This document shows positions 50,016-60,514 of a stretch of 64,000 nucleotides of DNA, in pieces. The notes beneath the pieces are model-generated. The model saw only the letters and a program-made list of their open reading frames with translations, was not told the origin of the DNA and did not search any database. The stretch spans positions 292,086-356,085 of the forward strand of contig JACPIU010000008.1 in NCBI GenBank assembly GCA_016187935.1, given 5' to 3'. Position 1 is the stretch's first letter. Each line of letters opens with the position of its first letter. The position numbers were made by a program, and so were the translations under genes. Origin of the DNA: Bdellovibrio sp. (GTDB lineage: Bacteria; Bdellovibrionota; Bacteriovoracia; Bacteriovoracales; Bacteriovoracaceae).

Positions 50016-50211
50016 TCCACCTAAGACCTAAGCAATTAGTCGTCATGAAAATTAGCCAATCGCGCAAAATCAGGAACTTAGCAAACTGTCTAACCTCCAT
50101 GAGAATTGCCTGCAAAAGAAGTCAGTTTTTTCATATGTTTTTCACTTCTCTTGACAGAAGAAGTCGCTTCCCTGATTGTGCCGCCACTGCAACAGATAGG
50201 GAGACCGTGGT

Positions 50212-52245
50212 ATGTTACGCACAAATTTTCTAGCCGCTTTTTTATCATTCACTTTGAGCTTAATTTTAAATGGCATGAGCGCTCCTCTGGCCCACGCTGA
50301 TTTGCGTGCTAAGGGACCACTCGATATGTCTTGCACTCTCTACGGCACGGCCGGCGGAACGGCCGTCGATTTCGGCAAGTTAGCGCTGGATGTTTATTCT
50401 CTCTACTCCGGCACCAGTTCCATTTATGACGGACTCTTTGGTGCGGGTGTAGTACCCGCCGGACTTATAAGGTCGCAAGGCGGAGTTTCAATTGCCCAAT
50501 CAATCACTAATTTCATTGCCGCCTTTAGCGACAAAAACTGCTTTGCCTCCGGTAAACAGCGCTTAAGCAAAGAGGCCAGAGAACCCTTACGTCTGAATTT
50601 TGAAGTTAAATCAACTCAGCGTAGCTATGACGATTTTGATCCATCCGGTTGGTTTGCCCATACTGATCCCATTGGTACTCTTGAAGTAGCGGTCGGCCAA
50701 TATGACGGCATCACCACAAGAGTTGTCGGCAAGGGCACAAAAGAGGGATATATCTCGGTTACACTCGATCCCAAGAAATTGGATGTTGGATTTTATCCCA
50801 TCACCTTCTATGCCAAAGAAGATAGTTGCAATGAATGTTTGAAGATTGTGCATGTGGCAGTGGTTCAGGTTTATCAACCATGCCCTCCACGCGCCAATGT
50901 TTGCGACGTCGCCATTGAAGGAGCGCAATCGGCGTGGGATCAATACAAAGAAGTTTATCGCATACTCTTTGGCCCCATGATTACACGCTCAGTTAATTGC
51001 CAACTAAGGGTCGATCAATTTGGTGGGGCATGTAATCAACTCAGTCGTCATGCCAATGGAAACTATCCCAATTCTGACCGCCGAGACGAAGCGCAAAGAC
51101 GCGCTGATCAGTGTCTTGATAGATTCGACCAAATCATAACCGATACGCGAGGACATTGCCCTGAAATTCTACTCTGCGCTTCCCAGCAGGATTGTGCACT
51201 CAAACGAGAGCCGTTTTCCAATCGTCAGTTGACCGAAGCCTACGGTTTATTTTCCCAGAAGGTAGCGGAAATCAAACGGCTCAATTGTTGTAGTGAGGCC
51301 TACAATCCCAGAGGAGGTAGTGGCCCAAATCCAGCGCTGGTCACGACCAATGTGAGCTATACTATCACCGAACGAAGCGGTGTGGACACTTACTCTCGCA
51401 CCGTGGAGCAAGCATCACTTTTTAACTACACTGAAAATAACGGCGTTCCGACTCTTCGAAGTAAAATTACCATTGTCAAAGGTAATGGCCGAATGCTCAT
51501 TAATGGCAAACCGTTTGACTCTCTTAATTTTAATTTTATGGTTAAGGACCCTTTACGTCGTAGCTTGCGCTTAGGCGCGGCCTGGTTGCAAAACAATCCA
51601 GCATTAAGCCGACCCTATTTTTCAAACCCCCAATGGATCAACAATAGAATGGAATCTTTCGCACAGATGCTGGCCAATCCCAGCGTGCTTCCTTTGGGAA
51701 TTACAACTTTAAATTTCTCAGTGGTGCTACCCAATCCCACTGACAACTCTCTCAATGTTTCAGTTCAGCACTTAATTGATGTTGAGGTGAAAGCGGAATT
51801 TACTGATGGTGGGAATTCCGGCCCGTCCGATGTGCGCCCACTGTACGGATTAGGTGGAAAATGCCTGACTCACTATGGGTGGAATCCCGCCCCTGGCACT
51901 CCCCTCTTGCTATGGGACTGCGTCTCTCAAGTTAATCAATTTTGGAAACTGACCAATGATGGGAAATTGATCGGCAACGGCGGACAGTGTGTGGAAGTCA
52001 AAGGTAACGCCACTGCCTCGGGCAGTGAAATTGTCATCAACCCTTGCAACAATAGCGCTAATCAAAAGTGGCGCTTGGACAAAGGCCTAATGGTTCATTC
52101 CAGTGGCAAATGCCTCAATGTCAAAGGGGCCCAGACACAAAATGGCACCCCCATCATTCTTTGGGATTGCGGTAACTATGCCAATGAAAAATGGTCTTGG
52201 ATGAAACCTATGATCGTGCTTCCAGGCGTGATCAACCTTCAATAG
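50212..52245 (+). CDS. secreted protein with a C-terminal ricin-B (beta-trefoil) lectin domain
   Basis: Signal peptide. Repeated Q.W motifs (QFWKL, QKWRL, EKWSW). Confidence 0.7.
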   Translation: MLRTNFLAAFLSFTLSLILNGMSAPLAHADLRAKGPLDMSCTLYGTAGGTAVDFGKLALDVYSLYSGTSSIYDGLFGAGVVPAGLIRSQGGVSIAQSITNFIAAFSDKNCFASGKQRLSKEAREPLRLNFEVKSTQRSYDDFDPSGWFAHTDPIGTLEVAVGQYDGITTRVVGKGTKEGYISVTLDPKKLDVGFYPITFYAKEDSCNECLKIVHVAVVQVYQPCPPRANVCDVAIEGAQSAWDQYKEVYRILFGPMITRSVNCQLRVDQFGGACNQLSRHANGNYPNSDRRDEAQRRADQCLDRFDQIITDTRGHCPEILLCASQQDCALKREPFSNRQLTEAYGLFSQKVAEIKRLNCCSEAYNPRGGSGPNPALVTTNVSYTITERSGVDTYSRTVEQASLFNYTENNGVPTLRSKITIVKGNGRMLINGKPFDSLNFNFMVKDPLRRSLRLGAAWLQNNPALSRPYFSNPQWINNRMESFAQMLANPSVLPLGITTLNFSVVLPNPTDNSLNVSVQHLIDVEVKAEFTDGGNSGPSDVRPLYGLGGKCLTHYGWNPAPGTPLLLWDCVSQVNQFWKLTNDGKLIGNGGQCVEVKGNATASGSEIVINPCNNSANQKWRLDKGLMVHSSGKCLNVKGAQTQNGTPIILWDCGNYANEKWSWMKPMIVLPGVINLQ

Positions 52246-52850
52246 GTTTTGGTTCGGTGGCGCACTAGCCCAGCCTCGAAGTTGCGCAGGTCAATCCGGT
52301 TCAGGCGTTTCTCCTGAGAACGAGTGAGCAGGTTGCGATGCGAGATTTCACACAAATATTCTGCAATCATCCACACATCCTTCTCACTGGTCATCCACTC
52401 ATGGGCGTCGAAGCGTCGAAGATTTACCGGGCGCGAATAGCGACGCAAGGTACGCTCGCGCGCCAGATTGAAATAGGTATCAAAGTAGCTCATGGCGAGT
52501 TCGCGCAGAGTTCGGTAAACGGGTTCGCGATAGCGACAACCCGAGTAGTTCGACGAAGCCAGCGCTCCCCAGTGGCCGTCCAGTTGGAATACGGCGAGGA
52601 CATGGTCGGTGTCGCGATGGGCCTCGAGGTCCAAGAGTAGTGGCGGATGGCCGAGCACGCGTAACGCAGCAGCGGCAAAGATCGCACCTTCAAGACAGTG
52701 TGCCGTTCCTTCGCGCAGCACGCGGCGAGGGGACCAGGCGGTATCTGCCAAGTGGTAAGGGATATCATCAAGATATTTCTGGATACCATAGGGTGTCTTG
52801 AAGGCGCGGATGCGGCGTAGCTCAAGCGGAGTAAAATTGGCGGTTGTCAT
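52239..52850 (-). CDS. transglutaminase-like (papain-fold Cys-His-Asp) superfamily protein, GC-rich
   Basis: GTAHCLEGAIFAAAALRVLG (Cys) ... DTDHVLAVFQLDGHWGALAS (His/Asp). GC about 57 % against a background of about 42-45 %. Confidence 0.5.
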   Translation of the reverse strand: MTTANFTPLELRRIRAFKTPYGIQKYLDDIPYHLADTAWSPRRVLREGTAHCLEGAIFAAAALRVLGHPPLLLDLEAHRDTDHVLAVFQLDGHWGALASSNYSGCRYREPVYRTLRELAMSYFDTYFNLARERTLRRYSRPVNLRRFDAHEWMTSEKDVWMIAEYLCEISHRNLLTRSQEKRLNRIDLRNFEAGLVRHRTKTY

Positions 52851-53219
52851 GATATCCTTAAGTTTAAAAAGCTAATGGCAGAATCTGCTTATTTTCACTT
52901 AAATCTTAGTTATCAGTCAAAGGAACACCCAAACTTCTTTTGTATTTTTTAAAATCGCCATTTTGAATTCCTCTTCTAGTTTCATGACACTTCTGGGGCT
53001 GCTCCGAAATGGTGTTCAGAATTTAGACACCCGCCAAAGAACATTGCTTATCGCAATTCTAAGACCGCATAATCGCAGGCAGTTTTATTCCATGGGCCGG
53101 CACAATAGTTGAACGATACAATGGAGCACGGGGATACTTCCCCAAGCACTTAAGTTCCGCCATTAATCTTTTTTTTCCGTTTTAACTGCATCATGGACAA
53201 CAACTTTTTGGAGGTAAGG

Positions 53220-54995
53220 ATGACCACCATCAAATTGAAGAAAAGTCTTATTTTTCTCTTCTTCGTCATGCATTTTGGTTGCGTAAAACAGGAAACCCCT
53301 GAGACTGTTAACCCAACACCTGACATTCCCATCGTCGAAGCCCCTGCCCCAACTGAGCCCGAACCGGGGCAAGAGGAATTGAATCCCGGTACACCGATCG
53401 TTTCTGATGAACCCGCCCCTGATTCAGGATCAGGATCAGGATCAGGATCAGGATCAGGATCAGAACCTACTCCAGGGCCAATTCCCGATCCAGTTCCAGA
53501 ACCGACGCCTGTACCAACACCAGACCCAATTCCCGATCCGACTCCAGAACCTACACCAGAACCTACACCAGAACCTACACCAGAACCTACACCAGAACCT
53601 ACCCCGATTCCCCAAACTTTTTCCGATCTCTACTGGGAATCGATCGAGTATCAGGAACCTTATATCAAAGCGGTCTATGGTAATCAGGGTCAAGCAGCGC
53701 TTCCCAGAAGTTTTAATCTCAAGGTTACCAAGGACGGTGTGGAAATGTTCACAAAAACCATCGAAGTTGACGTCGCTCCAAGCGTTGGAGAAAAGCGTGA
53801 AATTAAAATTCACATTGATGAGTTGGGCCGGCCAACGGGAAGAACTATTCGATTGGGTCTCACTCTGGATATGAGCAATTTGATCGAGGAAGAAAATGAG
53901 GATAATAATATCTCCTCCACTGCCCTCACCATCCCCAATTTGACGCTGCCGGAATTTCGAGCTTTGAGCTTGCGCTATGAAGGCGACAATGTCACTTTTA
54001 GTTACCAATTCACTCGTCTTCCCAGTGCTTATTTCAACGGCAAAACATTTTCCATCGGTTTGTGGGCCGGTGAAAAATTGAGATATGAAATCTCCAATCG
54101 TTCTGCAGATCTCTACGATGTCGCTCACGTTATTGCCGGTATTCCGATTCCCAATCACACTGAGGTCATTTCTCAAACCATGCCCATTCCCAGGGATTTT
54201 GATAATTATCGTGGACGGGAAGCTCGCTTCGCCATCTTACTCGACCATAGCTATGAAATATTTGAATCCTACCGCCAAGACAACTGGATCGAAGCCCCTT
54301 ATTTTTTAAATCCCTTACCGGGCCAAAGTACAGAGGGAATGCCCGACCTTGAAATGGAATCGGCCTATCTGATGACAACCTATCCTTATCTTTCCATCAG
54401 TGTGCGCAATAATGGTGCTGATGTGTCAGCTGGAAGTGGAACACGGTTCAAAATCAAAATAGAGCGATGTGGAGGCAGCTATACTCTCGATGCAGGACAA
54501 ATTCCCCTGAACCAAGTGGGTTCTTTCGCTCATCCCATCAGTCAAATGCCAGGGCTTGGCCAAAACTGTAACACGCGCTTCATTATCGACCCGGAAAATA
54601 TGTTGAGTGAACCCAATGAAGTTAACAATGTTTTTGAATTCGGTCCGCTTTTTCTTCCTCATCCAGACGGTGTGGTATACCCCGATTTGCAATTGCATAC
54701 CTTATGGATTCAGCAAACGCCTTCTTATATCAGTCTGACTGTCAATTACCTTACTCCACATGTACAGACCAGCGTGCCTGTGCGCTTCAGAATGGATCGT
54801 TGCGGATATACGGTTTTCAGTCGATACATCAATTTACTCCCAGGAATGAATACCTTCGGACTGGGTCTTTACGAAGATGAACTTCCGGCGCGTCGACAAA
54901 GTTGTGTCACGACAATCACCCTCGACCCCGACAACAATATGCGCGAGCGTGATGAAACCAATAATGTCACAACCGGGAATTTTTACTTTTATTAG
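53220..54995 (+). CDS. lipoprotein with low-complexity linkers and three CARDB-like domains
   Basis: Lipobox FVMHFGC. (GS)n and (EPTP)n linkers. E.NE.NN motifs (EENEDNNISS, NEVNNVFEF, ETNNVTTGN). Confidence 0.6.
   Translation: MTTIKLKKSLIFLFFVMHFGCVKQETPETVNPTPDIPIVEAPAPTEPEPGQEELNPGTPIVSDEPAPDSGSGSGSGSGSGSEPTPGPIPDPVPEPTPVPTPDPIPDPTPEPTPEPTPEPTPEPTPEPTPIPQTFSDLYWESIEYQEPYIKAVYGNQGQAALPRSFNLKVTKDGVEMFTKTIEVDVAPSVGEKREIKIHIDELGRPTGRTIRLGLTLDMSNLIEEENEDNNISSTALTIPNLTLPEFRALSLRYEGDNVTFSYQFTRLPSAYFNGKTFSIGLWAGEKLRYEISNRSADLYDVAHVIAGIPIPNHTEVISQTMPIPRDFDNYRGREARFAILLDHSYEIFESYRQDNWIEAPYFLNPLPGQSTEGMPDLEMESAYLMTTYPYLSISVRNNGADVSAGSGTRFKIKIERCGGSYTLDAGQIPLNQVGSFAHPISQMPGLGQNCNTRFIIDPENMLSEPNEVNNVFEFGPLFLPHPDGVVYPDLQLHTLWIQQTPSYISLTVNYLTPHVQTSVPVRFRMDRCGYTVFSRYINLLPGMNTFGLGLYEDELPARRQSCVTTITLDPDNNMRERDETNNVTTGNFYFY
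53426..53616 (+). repeat. coding tandem repeats: (GGATCA) x8 and (CCAGAACCTACA) x5
   Basis: Perfect tandem hexamer and dodecamer arrays inside the CDS. Confidence 0.9.
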
Positions 54996-55325
54996 ATAAC
55001 TACTGCCGGCCAGGAGCAGGAACAGGAACAGGAGAAAGACAAACATTTCCAAACCCAGCGATACGACAACCGATCTGCTGAGGAGTTTGAAATGGACACT
55101 CTTTACTCTTGGCCGGCAATGTCATGTCTTTCTTCTTTGTATATGAGTCCCTTCCCTCCGCCACAAAGTAAAGAATTAAGCCACTCTTGTTCTTTACAAA
55201 TTGTGTAAACACAACGATTTAGCCTGAAGTGTAATTTTTACAAAAAGCTCTTCAAATTATTTACCAAATGAAATCTTCTTAGTATCAGGAAGAGTAAAAT
55301 ATCTAACTTAATTTTTGAGGGAAAT

Positions 55326-56123
55326 ATGAAGAGATTAGCATTCTTAATGGCACTCACTTTCACCATGGCCAGTGCCCAGGCACGCTACCATTATTGCAAA
55401 ACTACTTTGTTTGAAAAACAAAACGAGCAGGAATTATTCGTTAACGACGCCGCCAGCACTGAATGTGGAAATTGCTTTTCCGGTGGCGCTCAAGGCGAAC
55501 TCAAACTCGAAACATATACTGACAATGTCAGCATCACGCTGCTCTTTGCCGGCAGACATAACAATACCGAGGCGGATGGCGGAAAATATGAAACCACCAT
55601 GATTCGAAATCGTTTCGAGCGCGGTGTAGGCACCAAGCAAACTCATCTTTGTAACATGACTGTTCAAGGTGAAGGCAAGTCCGAATGCACGGGAGATCAG
55701 TACCACAGCGTAGTTGAGTGCCGTTACTACAATGACTTGCAAGAGCGAGAATATCTAGATCGCCTCACGCAAGACCGTCGGGAGTTCAAGGCCAAAGTAT
55801 GCAATATAAATCTTTCTGTGGAAAATCTAAGTAAAAAGGACATTGCGAATTTGATCACTCAAGACATTAGAAGAAAAGATTTTACCCTGGCCGAAGGCGA
55901 GGAAATGGATCGAAAATTTCGCGCCTTTGATTTGAAAGTGACCGCCAAAGAAAAGGGCGTCTTTATCTTCAAAAAATGTACCGTAACCGCTACCAAAACT
56001 TCCATGATTAACTCTTGGTCCAATAAGACTGTCACAGAAACTGCCAGGACTTGCAAAAAAGCTATGGAAACGGTTTTGGCCAAAGTTCTAGAGCGCAATC
56101 ATTTCACAAATTATTGTGATTGA
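55326..56123 (+). CDS. secreted hypothetical protein
   Basis: Signal peptide MKRLAFLMALTFTMASAQA. Confidence 0.5.
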   Translation: MKRLAFLMALTFTMASAQARYHYCKTTLFEKQNEQELFVNDAASTECGNCFSGGAQGELKLETYTDNVSITLLFAGRHNNTEADGGKYETTMIRNRFERGVGTKQTHLCNMTVQGEGKSECTGDQYHSVVECRYYNDLQEREYLDRLTQDRREFKAKVCNINLSVENLSKKDIANLITQDIRRKDFTLAEGEEMDRKFRAFDLKVTAKEKGVFIFKKCTVTATKTSMINSWSNKTVTETARTCKKAMETVLAKVLERNHFTNYCD

Positions 56124-56314
56124 GCTTGGTCATCTTTTTTTCCGAGATCGCTCATCTCAATTCCCGCAAAAAGATTAGCAATTCAAATGAGATGATGAAT
56201 CGTCTTTGGCTTGATTATACTCAATAATTATAGTCATGAAACGACGCGGTTGGAGCTTTATATTGATCAGTCTTAGAATAATCGATTCTAAATGATTTAG
56301 AAAAAAAGGATTCC

Positions 56315-56545
56315 ATGATGGAAATTGAAAATCGTTTACAAAATCATCTCGTAAAACTTCTCGAAATATCTCCGGACAAATTTGAACTCATTCTTAAACT
56401 GAAGATGGAACAAATGGAAACCAATGAACCCAGGCAGGCCTTAGAGGCGCTGGTGGTGGAATTATTATACCGATATGAAGACGGCCTTTTGGATTATCTT
56501 TGGTTTTCAATGAATCGGCAAAAATCAGAGACTATGGCCGCTTAG
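56315..56545 (+). CDS. small hypothetical protein
   Basis: 76 aa ORF. Confidence 0.35.
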   Translation: MMEIENRLQNHLVKLLEISPDKFELILKLKMEQMETNEPRQALEALVVELLYRYEDGLLDYLWFSMNRQKSETMAA

Positions 56546-56667
56546 GGCCTATCCCAAAACCTTCAGATGCTAGGCGCGATTGAGGGAGCGCGGAGGCGTA
56601 CATAGAGTGTACGCCGCACAAGCGAATGATTGAGCAACGACGCAGATGAGGGTTTTGGGATAGGCCC
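56545..56667. repeat. long inverted-repeat stem-loop filling the whole intergenic space between convergent genes
   Basis: 17 bp perfect arms GGGCCTATCCCAAAACC / GGTTTTGGGATAGGCCC, 89 nt apart. Inner hairpin GGCGTACAtagagTGTACGCC. Confidence 0.8.
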
Positions 56668-57624
56668 TTAAAGGTCAAACAGCGAAGGCTGGAGATTGTC
56701 GGCATCTTGAATTTCGGTTTCCTTGAAATGATCCTTGAAAATTTCCTTCTTTATGCATTTCCCTTCGTGAGTATTAATGACGAAAAAAGCATTATCAGGA
56801 TAGGTTTGTTTTAATTCCACCATGGCCTCGGTAATCAGTTCGACATTTTTAGGATCATCATCACTCATTCCAAAACGATGAAAGGGATTCTCCCCATACC
56901 TTTTGAAGGCCACTTGAACTGACTTTTTGATAGCGAGCTTTTTAAGTCCCGCTACCGATTCTGTGATGCCACAATCACCCAGTTCTTTTCGCGCTTTCTC
57001 ATTGGTGACAGGAAAGACTCCGAGGTAATTGGGGCGTGCCTGAATGTGCTTTTCCTCCAGAAGAATCTCGATGCCTTCCTTGATTGTTTCCGGATCATGC
57101 CCGCGGGCGGTAATGATGGCGAGAGGGCGTTGGTTGAAGGCGGCGTAATGGAAGTAATTCCAAGAAGGACCTTTCCAGACATGTTCAGGTAACTGCAAAA
57201 TATCGTAGATGTCCTTGGTGAAATTTTGGTTCTTCCTCCTCTGTATCCGGTCTTGTATATCAATATCTATATCCCGGAAATTTCGAAATGATCCGGTTTT
57301 TACGCAATCGCTTAATTGATAATCCTTAAAAGGGCCGCTCTGACCTATATTTGCCCCCTCGGCCGCCAGCTCTCTCGAAGAAATGGATTTTTCCTCTCCA
57401 TTGTGCTTGTGGAAAATCACAATGGGCGTGAGAAGGTTGAGGATGTTGTCATCAAAATCGAAAAAATAAAAACTTCTACCGCCTTGGTCATAATTGCGAT
57501 CCACTTCCTTGAGCGGGCGAAACCCAAGCTCTAACTGTTTTTTGGGTGTACCAAAGTAGAAATGTGTGAGGGACATGGCATCAAACATACTACTTAATTG
57601 CCTCCCGAATTTTGGCAGAAGCAT
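56668..57624 (-). CDS. HAD-superfamily hydrolase-like protein
   Basis: FFDFDDNI (DxDx motif I) and GMSDDDP. Confidence 0.5.
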   Translation of the reverse strand: MLLPKFGRQLSSMFDAMSLTHFYFGTPKKQLELGFRPLKEVDRNYDQGGRSFYFFDFDDNILNLLTPIVIFHKHNGEEKSISSRELAAEGANIGQSGPFKDYQLSDCVKTGSFRNFRDIDIDIQDRIQRRKNQNFTKDIYDILQLPEHVWKGPSWNYFHYAAFNQRPLAIITARGHDPETIKEGIEILLEEKHIQARPNYLGVFPVTNEKARKELGDCGITESVAGLKKLAIKKSVQVAFKRYGENPFHRFGMSDDDPKNVELITEAMVELKQTYPDNAFFVINTHEGKCIKKEIFKDHFKETEIQDADNLQPSLFDL

Positions 57625-58666
57625 AATCCATCATCCACACAATGGCGGCAATGACGATGACAAGCAGACCCACTTCATTCCATTTGGCCAGACCTTGATA
57701 CTGCATGAGCATGGTCCCGATACCTCCTCCTCCCACAAGACCGATGACTGTCGCCATTCGCACATTTATATCCCATCTGTAAATGGTGTAGGAAAGAAAT
57801 GGCAGGACGACCTGGGGAACGACTCCAAACCAGATGACCTGGATAGGATGGGCCCCCGTGGCGGTCATGGCCTCAATGGGACCTTCGTCGATGCTTTCAA
57901 TTTGTTCTGAGTACAATTTGCAAAGAGAGGCGACTGAATGCAAACACAAGGCCAGCATACCGGCAAATGGCCCGATTCCAACCCAAACCGAGAAGATAAT
58001 GGCCCAGACCAGAGGTTCTATGGCCCTGGTCATATTTAAAATAAAGCGTGTGATTGAATAAACGACCATAAAAACAGGTGTATGGGACATCAGATTTCTG
58101 GCGGCAAAAAAACTGAGCAGAAAGGCCACTGGAATCGCCAAGGCGGTAGCGATAAGGGCCATGTAGAGAGTTTCTATGGCGGCAAAGAGTGCATCCTCAA
58201 AGATCGCCCAATTAGGGGTGAGAAGTGAGGTGAAGATTCTTTTGGCACCGGCCAGACCGCTGGGGGAGAGAAATTCGGTGAGGGAAGCCTTGGTCATGTA
58301 GATGCCGGTCACAAAAGTCATGATGATCATAATCACCGAGAAGACTGCATAGGGTTTTTTCCACCAAGGTAGACCTGCATCCCCAGTAAAAAGGCGAAAG
58401 ACTGTTTTGCCTATAGAGAACGACGGGATCACAAAGAAGATTCCCGACACAATGATTCCGAGAGCGAGGGCCACCAAGGGTTGTGACCAGTTAAATTCAG
58501 GGTATCTCAGATATAAAATAATCTTCTGATAGACGATTTTGTATGAGACTAAAAAAAGATAGGACCATAGAAAGACATCCAAAAGAATTGAATAGACATG
58601 TTTTCTTTTGATCCCTTTTTTCTTAATGAAAAGTTCTGTGTGATTTTCCATTACTTGTGTTGTCAC
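57590..58666 (-). CDS. phnE: phosphonate ABC transporter permease
   Basis: Multi-TM permease downstream of phnC and phnD. Confidence 0.7.
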   Translation of the reverse strand: MTTQVMENHTELFIKKKGIKRKHVYSILLDVFLWSYLFLVSYKIVYQKIILYLRYPEFNWSQPLVALALGIIVSGIFFVIPSFSIGKTVFRLFTGDAGLPWWKKPYAVFSVIMIIMTFVTGIYMTKASLTEFLSPSGLAGAKRIFTSLLTPNWAIFEDALFAAIETLYMALIATALAIPVAFLLSFFAARNLMSHTPVFMVVYSITRFILNMTRAIEPLVWAIIFSVWVGIGPFAGMLALCLHSVASLCKLYSEQIESIDEGPIEAMTATGAHPIQVIWFGVVPQVVLPFLSYTIYRWDINVRMATVIGLVGGGGIGTMLMQYQGLAKWNEVGLLVIVIAAIVWMMDYASAKIREAIK

Positions 58667-58676
58667 ATCTTTATCC

Positions 58677-59453
58677 TCAATGAGCGGTTACTTCGACTGC
58701 ATCTTCACCATAAATACGTTTAAACCATTCTTGGCAAATATCAAGCGGGGCACCTTCATAAACTACTGCCCCCCCCTTCAGTGCCACGACTCGGGTAGCG
58801 TATTGCCGAACCAATGAAAGAAAATGCAGGTTACAGATCACCGTCACTCCCATTTCTTTGTTGATTTTTTCAAGATATTGCATGACCGAATTGGATGTGG
58901 CGGGGTCAAGACTGGCGACAGGTTCGTCTGCCAGCAGGACGTCGGGATTTTGCATCAGAGCACGAGCAATGGCGACTCTTTGTTGCTGACCACCGCTCAA
59001 ATTATCGGCGCGGACATATTCCTTGCCTTCGAGCCCCACAATTTTAATGTATTTCATGGCCTGCTGTTTTTCCACATCAGTGTAATTTCCCACCAGGGAT
59101 TTGATGATTCCCGTATTGGCGAGGCTGCCGGTCAAAACGTTTTGCATGACCGTTTTACGGGGAATCAGATTGAAATGCTGGAAGACCATGCCAATTCTGG
59201 CGCGGGTATTACGAAGCTCCTTGCCGGTTTGATGTGTAATATTCATTCCTTTGAAAGTGGCCTCTCCCGATGTAATGTCATGCAGTCTGTTGATACATCG
59301 AAGGAGCGTGGATTTTCCCGAGCCACTCAATCCAATCACCACCAGGAATTCACCTTTTTTAACTTCAAGATTGATGTTCCTGAGGGCATGGCAGCCATTG
59401 GGGTAGACCTTGTTCAATTTACGAATTGAAATGATCGATTCTTCCATGCGCAT
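58677..59453 (-). CDS. phnC: phosphonate ABC transporter ATP-binding protein
   Basis: GLSGSGKSTLLRCINRL, LSGGQQQRVAIARAL, LLADEP. Confidence 0.8.
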   Translation of the reverse strand: MRMEESIISIRKLNKVYPNGCHALRNINLEVKKGEFLVVIGLSGSGKSTLLRCINRLHDITSGEATFKGMNITHQTGKELRNTRARIGMVFQHFNLIPRKTVMQNVLTGSLANTGIIKSLVGNYTDVEKQQAMKYIKIVGLEGKEYVRADNLSGGQQQRVAIARALMQNPDVLLADEPVASLDPATSNSVMQYLEKINKEMGVTVICNLHFLSLVRQYATRVVALKGGAVVYEGAPLDICQEWFKRIYGEDAVEVTAH

Positions 59454-59458
59454 TCCTA

Positions 59459-60358
59459 TTATTTTACAAGTTCTTCTTTATTGAGATTGATGGCCTTGAC
59501 CATGGCACGCAGGCCATCATAGTCGGCATCGGTGGAGTCCACAATGCTATCAACGCTGTAAATATTCTTGAAAACCTTCTGTCCGCTTTCCGTGCTCAAA
59601 AACTTCTTAAGAGCAGTGATGAATTTGCCCACAATGGCATCAGGAAGATTTTTTCTAAAAACAAAGGGATCGTTGGGGATTTTTTCAGTAAGCGCGATAA
59701 TTTTCACTTTGTCTTCGACATCAGGAAATTGAGTTTTGACTCTGGCGCGAGCATCACGAATGGTACCATCCTCTCCTGGTGGCGAATAAAAAGTTGCGCC
59801 TGCATCCACTTGGCCCTGGTAAACCATGGTCACAACGTTATCGTGTTTCTGGGCAAAGACTGTGGATTCAAGTTCGATCTGGTTTTCTTTTAGGATTTTC
59901 AAAGGAAACATATAGCCTGAAGTAGAGGAAGGATCTGTGAAAGCAAATTTTTTACCCTTTATGTCCTTCACGTCTTTGATATTGCTTTTGGTATTGGCGA
60001 TGATTTGTCCGCGATAAAAATTTTCTCCATAGCGAAGGACAGTCAACTTGGCATTGGCGCCATATTTCTCGTTGGCCATGAGATAGCCAAAGGAGTTCAT
60101 GACGGCGATATCGGCACGTTCTGAACCGAAGGCCTCCACCACGGCGATATAGTTTGTGGGAATACCGGTTTCAAAAAATAGTCCAGTTTCCTTTTCAATA
60201 AATTTCAAAAATTCCTGGGAGTTTGAGGCGATAATTTCGGCATCCACTGACGGGGTAAAATAAAGTTTGATGGGATTGCCTCTTGAACCAAGTTGGTCTT
60301 GTTTTTGACAACCAAAAAGCAAAAGAAACCCCACTAAAATGCCTATTAGTTTGCACAT
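59459..60358 (-). CDS. phnD: phosphonate/phosphite ABC substrate-binding lipoprotein
   Basis: Lipobox LLLFGC. PhnD-like periplasmic binding protein. Confidence 0.7.
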   Translation of the reverse strand: MCKLIGILVGFLLLFGCQKQDQLGSRGNPIKLYFTPSVDAEIIASNSQEFLKFIEKETGLFFETGIPTNYIAVVEAFGSERADIAVMNSFGYLMANEKYGANAKLTVLRYGENFYRGQIIANTKSNIKDVKDIKGKKFAFTDPSSTSGYMFPLKILKENQIELESTVFAQKHDNVVTMVYQGQVDAGATFYSPPGEDGTIRDARARVKTQFPDVEDKVKIIALTEKIPNDPFVFRKNLPDAIVGKFITALKKFLSTESGQKVFKNIYSVDSIVDSTDADYDGLRAMVKAINLNKEELVK

Positions 60359-60514
60359 GCGTCATCTCCTCCATATATTCGTGAAAATCTCAAAAAAAAG
60401 TCTGGCAATACATCTCAAAGAAGACGGAAACTGTTAACTAAAAATGTGTTTTATTTTTGTTAAGGTAATGATTTATATTGGGGGGACTTAAATTAAGAGA
60501 GATTATCATCGCCA

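Noticed and set aside
53400-53620. CRISPR-like repeats
   Set aside because: The periodic sequence consists of perfect 6 and 12 bp coding microsatellites inside a lipoprotein gene. There are no spacers of unique sequence.
53460-54176. 238 aa antisense ORF (RFWCRFWC...) inside the CARDB gene
   Set aside because: It is an artefact of the tandem repeat read on the opposite strand. It overlaps a well-supported sense-strand gene.
60359-60500. Pho-box upstream of phnD
   Set aside because: Only weak CTGT.A-like half-sites. No convincing direct-repeat Pho box.
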